Positions 1 to 6,693 of a stretch of DNA of 10,498 nucleotides are shown here, piece after piece. A program made the translations under genes and the position numbers. The notes beneath the pieces are model-generated. The model made no database searches. It was not told the DNA's origin and saw only the letters and a list, made by a program, of their open reading frames with translations. The stretch comes from Pseudomonadota bacterium (GTDB lineage: Bacteria > Bdellovibrionota_B > Oligoflexia > Oligoflexales > CAIMVM01): NCBI GenBank assembly GCA_037142195.1, contig JBAXBA010000109.1:1-10498 (forward strand), written 5' to 3'. Position 1 is the stretch's first letter. Each line of letters begins with the position of its first letter.

Positions 1-1752
1 CAGGATAGGGGCCGGGAGTCCGCTGGCTTTATTGGCATCTGCAAAGCGTGTCGCGATGGTCTGAGGGGTGATGTCCGTGTCATTGATGAGTCCAAGCCCG
101 ACGCTTGCTGCAAATTGCGTTACAGCAGTGGCCCAAGGTATACCCAGAACTTTTGCTACAAGTTCTTTTCCGGTGAGTGTGGATTGGATCAGTTCTTTGA
201 TCTTGGTGCAAGGTGCTGCAGAAGTAGGGGAGCATAGTTTGGAGTGAAGGTACCAGCCAAAGAGCGCTCTCATACCGATTTGGCCATTAATTCCTTCTAT
301 GAGATTTCCTGCGGTGTAATGGGAAGAATCTAGATTGCCAGCGAGGGGGATGTAGTGAGATTGGGAGGCGAGATAATAAGATTGTTGTTGCCAGGTAAAT
401 GCTGTACCGGCAGCATAGGCACCTCCCAGTAGTGAGAGAGTTTCCCGTAAAAAAGGCTCCTCTTTCACACCTTTAAGTAGTTTTTGATTGTCTAAAATTA
501 GGTTCATAATTTGAGAACCAATGAAGCCATAAGCAAAGCTTGAATTGAGTCCATTGGAACTAGGATAGATGTCATACTCATATTCACCACCAGGACTCGA
601 GGCCCAGAGGTAAACCGTCTCTGACTCATTAGATGTGGGATTCTTTGAGGAGTTATAGGCCGCAAGGTCCATAGGCTTATAGAAAGGATAATAAAGATTT
701 CTATCCACGGTTTTGCTATAGGTTCTTTGAGAGTGGGTGCGGTTCACATCAGGGGATATAAAAAGATTGATCGAACCACTTCCGTCCACGTCACTGATGG
801 CTCCAAAGGCCGAAGTAAGTCGCGCGAGGGAGCTTGCTGTCGTTTCTGCTAAATTAGTAAATTGGGATTTGATAAGGACATCATGATAGCCCCTATAGGA
901 AGTATTGGAGCCTGAGTTGCTATTCCAGAGCGGACCAAAGGGATTCACAATGCCAAAATCCCCTGCAAATCCTGGTAATGTAAAGCCCGTGTTAAATCCG
1001 TTGACCCCGGTTGTCGGCGGCTGGCAGCTGTTGGGTGGCAGCCATTCTTGATCTGCCCATACTAGCACTTTACCGTCGGCAGACTTGCTGACGAGGGTTC
1101 CAAGCTTTGTGGAAACTTTGCTGGGATCTTGGGATTCTCCCAGGGGATTGTTGGGCTTATTAGGAAGCTTCGTCTGCATGCGAAAGACGCGACTTGAACA
1201 AAGTGTATAATTGGGAGGCGTAAGGCTAAAGGATTCTATTTTGGGAGAAAATGACAAGTCAGATGAAGCACTCGCTGCTGGTTCTGAAGAAGTTAGAGCT
1301 GTTTGAGCAGGGGCTTCACAGGCGCCGAAGTCGCTTTCGACATCTGGAATCTTTTCGATGTCGGTTCCCGGTGTAATGTTGGAGCCCGGTCTTACGGAAA
1401 GACGCACGCAGGACCTACTGCTAGAATGTACGACAAATAAATACTCATCCGTGTAGCGGCCTTCTACCGGAACCGATCCTGTTTTAGTCTGAAGGACAAA
1501 GTGCTTTAATTCTGGCTTATCTCCGGTAATCACGGAAGATCCACTCGTGGAGGTGACAGGGGGAACCTCTACGCCCACATTGGGGTCTACAGGAGCTGGT
1601 GTTTCAGTTGTTGGCGTCGGAGTCGACTTAGGAACAGTGCCTTGATTTGTAGACTTTCGAATGCCGTTTGATTTGCTGCATGCTGAAAGCAGCAAGTAGC
1701 TGAAATTTGCAGTTAACAACAGCAGACCAAATTTTTTGAAAAAGCGGCTCAT
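1..1752 (-). CDS. Lipoprotein, 3'-truncated by the window edge (>584 aa), with a Pro/Thr/Ser-rich linker and a peptidase M30/neutral zinc metalloprotease-like domain whose HExxH is degenerate
   Basis: Translated by hand: no stop codon from ATG at 1752 down to base 1. GGAGG RBS at 1758-1762. N-terminus MSRFFKKFGLLLLTANFSYLLLSA-C25 is a lipobox. Linker PKSTPTPTTETPAPVDP. Motifs in M30-like order: FGAISDVDGSGSINLFISP, PFYKPMDL, SNESETVYL, IGSQIMNLILDNQ, EEPFLRETLSLL. The CDS is secure; the family call is motif recall and less certain. Confidence 0.85.
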   Translation of the reverse strand, partial: MSRFFKKFGLLLLTANFSYLLLSACSKSNGIRKSTNQGTVPKSTPTPTTETPAPVDPNVGVEVPPVTSTSGSSVITGDKPELKHFVLQTKTGSVPVEGRYTDEYLFVVHSSSRSCVRLSVRPGSNITPGTDIEKIPDVESDFGACEAPAQTALTSSEPAASASSDLSFSPKIESFSLTPPNYTLCSSRVFRMQTKLPNKPNNPLGESQDPSKVSTKLGTLVSKSADGKVLVWADQEWLPPNSCQPPTTGVNGFNTGFTLPGFAGDFGIVNPFGPLWNSNSGSNTSYRGYHDVLIKSQFTNLAETTASSLARLTSAFGAISDVDGSGSINLFISPDVNRTHSQRTYSKTVDRNLYYPFYKPMDLAAYNSSKNPTSNESETVYLWASSPGGEYEYDIYPSSNGLNSSFAYGFIGSQIMNLILDNQKLLKGVKEEPFLRETLSLLGGAYAAGTAFTWQQQSYYLASQSHYIPLAGNLDSSHYTAGNLIEGINGQIGMRALFGWYLHSKLCSPTSAAPCTKIKELIQSTLTGKELVAKVLGIPWATAVTQFAASVGLGLINDTDITPQTIATRFADANKASGLPAPIL

Positions 1753-1789
1753 CGTGGCCTCCAATGGAAAGACACCCTTTAAAAGCGTA

Positions 1790-1826
1790 CCGATAGAATC
1801 TATCGGCGCGAGCTTAGAAAAATAAA
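1790..1826 (-). promoter_or_regulatory. Perfect 8-1-8 palindrome overlapping a candidate sigma-28 (FliA)-type promoter of the lipoprotein gene
   Basis: CCGATAGA-A-TCTATCGG at 1790-1806. The minus strand reads TTTA-N15-GCCGATAG (1826-1800), compared with the sigma-28 consensus TAAA-N15-GCCGATAA. It lies about 48 nt upstream of the ATG. Confidence 0.45.
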
Positions 1827-1861
1827 GGCCGCGACTTTTTTAGAGGAAATAGTCCATCAAT

Positions 1862-2593
1862 TCATGGGGTTGTATGAAACGCCTGCCAGCCGTCCGCCTG
1901 TTCCTGAAGCTTGGAGAGGCTAGATTCCCCAATCCATTCCAGGGGGCGACGGCTGAGCTTCAATTCGTTGAGCTTTCGGTTGTATTTTTGAGCCGCTCGC
2001 GAGGAGCCCATCCCTTCAGGTTTTTTGGAGTTCTGAACCATGGAAACCCATAAGGGTATGGCGCGGGCAAAGGCAAAGTCGATGATCAGAGAAAACTCTA
2101 ATGCTTTTTCAGGCAGCCAAAGCCGATCTACGGCTTCCACAAAGAGGATGTCACAGGAACCGTCGAGCGGGTAGAGATCCGTATCTTTAAAATGTAAAAA
2201 CCTGATGACCCTTGCTTTAAGCCCACCTTGCCAAGAAGCTATGGCTGCAATTTCCCAAAGTGGACTAGGACCAGAGGGTGGGTGGCTCATCATATATCCC
2301 TTTTGGGGTGATAGAAGCCATTTTTGAATAAACTCTTTTTGTTCAGAAGAGAGAGAAGGCAAGAGATTGCTGTTGTATTCGGATTTATAGGAGTCAAATA
2401 GTGCTTTAGAGTTAGAAAATCTCTTCTCTAAATCACAACGGCTCACATCTCGGTTTTGATCCATTCTACAACCGCTTCCATGGCAGCATTTCAGAATCGA
2501 CAAATCTTTTTCTAAATCACCTTTAAGTTTAAGTCCTAAAAGAGGGTCAGGGCCAAGCTTAAGGGCAGCACTTTCAAATAAGCACGGCGTCAA
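1862..2593 (-). CDS. Hypothetical protein, 243 aa; probable degenerate (pseudo-ATPase) paralog of the adjacent DnaC-like ATPase
   Basis: TTG start overlaps the upstream TGA stop by 4 nt (TTGA, 2590-2593), preceded by AAGGGTG. Colinear similarity to 2590..3489: CCHGSG vs CCGGKG, DILFVEAV vs DVLFIDEL, PLEWIGESSLSKLQE vs PLELRVGSRIYSRLLE. There is no GKT. Confidence 0.75.
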   Translation of the reverse strand: MTPCLFESAALKLGPDPLLGLKLKGDLEKDLSILKCCHGSGCRMDQNRDVSRCDLEKRFSNSKALFDSYKSEYNSNLLPSLSSEQKEFIQKWLLSPQKGYMMSHPPSGPSPLWEIAAIASWQGGLKARVIRFLHFKDTDLYPLDGSCDILFVEAVDRLWLPEKALEFSLIIDFAFARAIPLWVSMVQNSKKPEGMGSSRAAQKYNRKLNELKLSRRPLEWIGESSLSKLQEQADGWQAFHTTP

Positions 2594-3489
2594 GCTTCAC
2601 CCTTCATGCGGCGATAATTTTGGCCGGTCAATTCCAGTTTCAGACAGCCTTCCAAGAGTCGGGAATAGATTCTCGAGCCTACTCGCAGTTCCAGGGGACC
2701 AAAAACGTCTGGTGAAAAACCTGCGTTTTCTCCGCTTGTTTGAGTGAGGTCCATGACAGTGGCCTTGCTCGATTCCTTCAATTGATAATTCGTAGTGGCA
2801 ACTATAGGCTTTTCTTGATTGTAGCGGCCCATCACAAGCTGATCGATGATGGTAAGTTCAAATTCCGTATTTCTGCCTTTTCCCAGTTCATCAATAAAAA
2901 GGACGTCCACTTCAATGAGGGGTCTTAGAATCTCTTCATCCGACTCTTTTCGCGAATAAGCAGCTTTGATTTGGGCTAACAGTTGAAAAAAATCCACAAA
3001 GCGAACGGTGTAGGATTTCTCGGCGATTTCCCGGGCCAAACTGGCTAACAGGAAGGTCTTTCCCACCCCAACAGGGCCCGATAGGATGATGCTAGAGTTT
3101 TGATCTAACCGGAAGTCTTGGCTCCATTTTTCGAGACTGTCCCGAATTTTGACCCCATTCCCCGTAAAGTTTCGAAAGCCTTTTAGGGTGGCCTCTGCGT
3201 ACCGAGCGGGAATCGTCGCTTCATTAAGAATCGCAGCGATACGAGAAGGAAGCGGTTTTTTACAAGATCTCGAAACGCCGCCTTCATGGGTCTTCATCAT
3301 GGCGCCGAAACAGGTTGGGCACGTTTTGACACATTGGCAAATCATGGCGGAAAGCCACGGACCTTTGCGCTCCGTTACGTAGCCTTTTCCGCCGCAACAA
3401 GATTTGTCATATTCCAAAGCACACTTATCTCGAACTGTGGGAAGTTTTACCTCAGTCGTGAGTGCATCGGAAAGTCTTAATCTCGACAT
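2590..3489 (-). CDS. DnaC/DnaI/IstB-like AAA+ ATPase (putative replicative helicase loader) with Cys-rich N-terminal Zn ribbons, 299 aa
   Basis: Walker A GPVGVGKT (aa 138-145), Walker B VLFIDELG, sensor ATTN, RIYSRLLE arginine-finger box, C-terminal GQNYR and IPARY motif. Cys clusters CCGGKG..CQC and CPTCFG..C. AAGGA RBS at 3496-3500. Confidence 0.9.
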   Translation of the reverse strand: MSRLRLSDALTTEVKLPTVRDKCALEYDKSCCGGKGYVTERKGPWLSAMICQCVKTCPTCFGAMMKTHEGGVSRSCKKPLPSRIAAILNEATIPARYAEATLKGFRNFTGNGVKIRDSLEKWSQDFRLDQNSSIILSGPVGVGKTFLLASLAREIAEKSYTVRFVDFFQLLAQIKAAYSRKESDEEILRPLIEVDVLFIDELGKGRNTEFELTIIDQLVMGRYNQEKPIVATTNYQLKESSKATVMDLTQTSGENAGFSPDVFGPLELRVGSRIYSRLLEGCLKLELTGQNYRRMKGEA

Positions 3490-3623
3490 AGTGTGTCCTT
3501 TTGAATGGGCCTATATTAGGAACGTCTCTACCAAGTCTTCAGGAAGGAAAAGGCAAATCCATAATCAGCATAAAAGCGCCTTAGCTGCTACCTGCTGGGA
3601 AACAGCAAGCTGTCTTCTCTGTC

Positions 3624-5156
3624 CTAAGGCTTCTTGGGAGATGCCGAGTACATACTCAAACATTTCTTGTCTTTTTGACAAAAAGCCAGAGCATTTTTAC
3701 GAGCTTCTACACCATTTGTTCCTAGATCCTGGATGACAGCGGCCACCCTTTTGTGAGCGGAAGCATTGCGGCCATCAAACTTATCACTTTGGTGAGTTGC
3801 TTCCGCAAAGAACTCAGAAATCGTAGCTGCAATTTTGGCATCTGACTTTTCTAGAACCCTTGCTTTTAACGCCACATCTTTTGAAATCCACTGGAGTTTG
3901 GTTGCCGAGCCCTTTGAGGATACTTTTGCTTTTTCGCTCCATTCCAAGGCTTTGGTTTTATTCCCTAGAGTGTTTTCCAAGGAAGAAAGCATGGACTCAA
4001 AATACCAAGGTGTTTTAGCACCTGGGATTTTAGATTCTAGAAAAACAACAGCATCTTTGGGCCCAGATAATTGTTCGATGATCGAGGCCACTTCTGGATA
4101 GGTGGAAGCCATTTGATGGCTCGACGTTGTGGCTTGTAAAATAGAATCCATGATTTGCTGCGTTTCTTTATGTAAAATAACGAGATTTGGGGCCGGAGCC
4201 ATGCTCTCTAAATCTAAATAACTATGGAGAGCCATGGCGCGTTCAATTGGGGCACGAGCGGGGCTAGTGGCCAAATCTTTAACATAAGTGACAAGTCTTT
4301 GTCTGACGCGCTCTTTGTTTTCTGGTTTTAAGCTTCCTATTTTCTTTTGAGGCTCGTTCATTAAGGAATTACGGGCGGCATCCATTGTCAATCCTGAGGC
4401 TAAAATTTGCTCTAGGATCGCGTCTTCGTTCGCTTTAAACGGCTCCTTAAGAGTGGATTTCTCTTGAAGGGAACTATCCCATAGCCCAGCGGCAAAAGTA
4501 GCTTTGCCAACTAAGAAATCAGAAGGGCAAAGACGCCACGATTTTTCGATGAGTTTCTCAGTCGTCTGATCATCGAGGCCAAGGGCACCCTGATCGATAT
4601 AAGTAGTGGACAAAGTTTGCCAATCTTCTAAAGAAAGCTTTGGTTGCTTGCTCTTTAAATTGGAAATTAGAGATTTTACGTTTTTCCCTGAAGCTACCGC
4701 GGCACCGATGGCCTTTTTAAACTCCGCAAAGTCCATTCCCGAAGACAATCTAAAGAGTTCTTTTCCTTTTGGGTCCATGAGAACCACAGTGGGGTAGCCA
4801 GAGACTTTCAGTTTTTCGCCCCAGGTCTGGGCGCCTTCGGAATCACCGTCCAAATAGACCATGATATATCGGCTGGCAAATTGAGGAAACTCAGAATGGG
4901 AAAAGACCTGATCCTTAAGATCATTGCAAGGAGGACACCACTCTGCTCCCCAGTAAAGGATGATGTGTTTCTGCTGCTTAGCGGCAGCAGCAAAAGCCTC
5001 GGAAACGGAACCCTGAAACCAGTGCTTTTGTTCATGGGAAACTTCTTTGGAGGCTAGGGCCACCTGAGAGCTTAATTCCTCTGCCTTTGAAAGCACAGAT
5101 GGTACTAGTAAGCTTAATAAAAGGATTACTTTCTGTGCGTTCTCTTTATATTTCAT
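3624..5156 (-). CDS. Exported thioredoxin-family protein (WCPPC) with a long alpha-helical/TPR-like C-terminal region, 510 aa
   Basis: Start moved to ATG 5156 (MKYKENAQKVILLLSLLVPSVLSKA, a signal peptide), 13 nt after the terC stop. Thioredoxin motifs YWGAEWCPPC, YLDGD and cis-Pro GYPT. The ORF-track start at 5297 overlaps terC. Confidence 0.88.
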   Translation of the reverse strand: MKYKENAQKVILLLSLLVPSVLSKAEELSSQVALASKEVSHEQKHWFQGSVSEAFAAAAKQQKHIILYWGAEWCPPCNDLKDQVFSHSEFPQFASRYIMVYLDGDSEGAQTWGEKLKVSGYPTVVLMDPKGKELFRLSSGMDFAEFKKAIGAAVASGKNVKSLISNLKSKQPKLSLEDWQTLSTTYIDQGALGLDDQTTEKLIEKSWRLCPSDFLVGKATFAAGLWDSSLQEKSTLKEPFKANEDAILEQILASGLTMDAARNSLMNEPQKKIGSLKPENKERVRQRLVTYVKDLATSPARAPIERAMALHSYLDLESMAPAPNLVILHKETQQIMDSILQATTSSHQMASTYPEVASIIEQLSGPKDAVVFLESKIPGAKTPWYFESMLSSLENTLGNKTKALEWSEKAKVSSKGSATKLQWISKDVALKARVLEKSDAKIAATISEFFAEATHQSDKFDGRNASAHKRVAAVIQDLGTNGVEARKNALAFCQKDKKCLSMYSASPKKP

Positions 5157-5169
5157 CGTGATACTCTTT

Positions 5170-5877
5170 CTAATGTTTGGGCGATTTTTTAGCTTTGATA
5201 TTAAGAAACTCAACAAACAAGGAAAATGCCATCGCAAAATAGATGTATCCTTTGGGGACTTCAAAGTGCAAGGACTCGGCCACCAGCATGGTGCCAATCA
5301 TAATTAAAAAGCTCAAGGCCAATATTTTTATGGAAGGATGCCGTTCTACAAAGTTTGCGATCGACTTAGCGGCCAAGAGCATGACTCCTAAGGCGATTAT
5401 GTTGGCAAGCACCATAATCGTTAAATTATGGGTCATACCGACGGCCGTAATGACGGAGTCCAGGGAGAAGACGAGATCCATGACTAAAATCTGAACAATT
5501 ACACTCCAAAAAGCTTTCCCGGCCGCTCCTGCTGGAGAATGATCGGCGGCGCTTTCCAGCTTGTCGTGGATTTCATGAGTGGCTTTATAGATGAGAAAAA
5601 GGCCGCCCAGCAGAAGAATAAGTCCTTTTCCCGACAGACCAAAATCAAAAATGGTAATAAAGGGCTGGGTTAGGGTTACAAGCCACGCCGCAATAGACAA
5701 AAGTCCAAGCCTCATCACTGTGGCACCGCCTAGGCCAATTTTACGAGCTTTGTCCTGAAGATGAGGAGGCAGCTTTTCTACGAGCAGCGATAAGAAAATA
5801 ATGTTGTCAATGCCAAGTACGATTTCCATCGCGGTCAATGTCAAAAGACTGGCTCCGAGTGCGGTATAGGATTCCAT
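5170..5877 (-). CDS. ygdQ: TerC-family integral membrane protein (YgdQ/UPF0053-like, no CBS domain), 235 aa
   Basis: Motifs EIVLGIDNIIFLS, GGLFLIYKATHEIH, DLVFSLDSVITAVG, FVERHPSIK and VPKGYIYFAM. Start at ATG 5877 (MESYTALG) with AAGGG RBS. Confidence 0.93.
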   Translation of the reverse strand: MESYTALGASLLTLTAMEIVLGIDNIIFLSLLVEKLPPHLQDKARKIGLGGATVMRLGLLSIAAWLVTLTQPFITIFDFGLSGKGLILLLGGLFLIYKATHEIHDKLESAADHSPAGAAGKAFWSVIVQILVMDLVFSLDSVITAVGMTHNLTIMVLANIIALGVMLLAAKSIANFVERHPSIKILALSFLIMIGTMLVAESLHFEVPKGYIYFAMAFSLFVEFLNIKAKKSPKH

Positions 5878-5924
5878 GGCGCGCCCTTTGTTCACTTTAA
5901 AAATTGGCTGGCATAAAGGTAGGA

Positions 5925-5947
5925 AGTGTAGCAAATTGTCGACAAAT
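5925..5947. promoter_or_regulatory. Candidate terC extended -10 promoter and adjacent palindromic operator in the divergent terC/tetR spacer
   Basis: Minus-strand TGcTACACT at 5933-5925 resembles an extended -10. A perfect palindrome TTGTCGACAA lies at 5936-5945, immediately upstream of it. Confidence 0.4.
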
Positions 5948-6007
5948 GAAAAGCTCTCCTTTTTCGGAGAACAGACTCCTAGAATTTTCGGCATAGAAGA
6001 GGCACGT

Positions 6008-6631
6008 ATGGATATGGAAACAGGCGGAAAATCATACCATCATCACGATTTACGAAAGACATTGATTGAAAAAGGCCGTGAAGAACTTATAGCTACAGGT
6101 GTCCACGGATTAAGCTTAAGGCAAGTGGCCCGACGATCGGGCGTAAGCCATACGGCTCCTTATCGGCATTTTAATGACAAATCAGAATTGTTGGTGGCGA
6201 TTGCTAAAGACGGCTTTGATCAGCTTCGAGAGGTTATCAAAGAAGCCCGAATGGCAGGTGATGCGATTCAACAAATTAAGGCTGCAGGCAAAGCCTATGT
6301 AAAGATGTTTTTGATGTATCCTGAGACCATGCAGCTCATGTTTGGTGGTGTCTTAAACGGCGCAACGGGACTCGATGAATTAGAAAAAGCAGGACGAGAT
6401 ACATTTCAACACTTGGAAGATTTGATGGCCGAGGGAGTCCAGATGGGGCTTTTTCAGTCTGATGTTTCCACTAAAGAAATGGCTTTAATGGCTTGGTCGA
6501 CAACCCATGGACTTGCCATGTTGCGATCCGCAAATCAGTTGTCACACACCTGGCATACGGAAGAAGAAGTTGTAGAGGCCGGTGAGATAGTCTCACGAGT
6601 ACTTCTAAGCGGTATTTTGAAGCGAACATAA
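6008..6631 (+). CDS. TetR/AcrR-family transcriptional regulator with a WHG-type C-terminal domain, 207 aa
   Basis: YHHHDLRKTLI, HTH LSLRQVARRSGVSHTAPYRHFNDKSELL, and AWSTTHGLAML. Start at ATG 6008 (alternative 6014) after GAGG at 5999-6002. Confidence 0.93.
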   Translation: MDMETGGKSYHHHDLRKTLIEKGREELIATGVHGLSLRQVARRSGVSHTAPYRHFNDKSELLVAIAKDGFDQLREVIKEARMAGDAIQQIKAAGKAYVKMFLMYPETMQLMFGGVLNGATGLDELEKAGRDTFQHLEDLMAEGVQMGLFQSDVSTKEMALMAWSTTHGLAMLRSANQLSHTWHTEEEVVEAGEIVSRVLLSGILKRT

Positions 6632-6693
6632 ACCCTAATCCCCCTTCATCTCACTGAAGAAAGTTGGGATGAATTCAATTTTCTGGAGAAAAT

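Noticed and set aside
2590..3489. IS21 element (IstB) or prophage replication module
   Set aside because: No IstA/DDE transposase, terminal repeats, integrase or phage genes nearby; the neighbours are cellular genes.
3573..3612. Intrinsic terminator between the thioredoxin and dnaC-like genes
   Set aside because: Only a 5-bp stem (TGCTG/CAGCA) with no adjacent U-tract; too weak to call.
2740..5494. Short ORFs 2740..2928, 3149..3382, 3286..3480, 3404..3736, 3835..4101, 4606..4797, 4808..5035 and 5243..5494
   Set aside because: They are antisense or out-of-frame shadows of well-supported genes and have no motifs.
5157..6007. Long N-terminal extensions in the ORF track (starts 5297, 5994, 5876)
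   Set aside because: They overlap neighbouring genes or each other; downstream ATGs (5156, 5877, 6008) have RBSs and family-typical N-termini.
5878..6007. yybP-ykoY Mn riboswitch ahead of terC
   Set aside because: The spacer is short and shared with tetR, and no recognisable aptamer is present.
6632..6693. Lysine riboswitch or T-box before lysS
   Set aside because: Only 62 nt long, with no T-box or L-box consensus.
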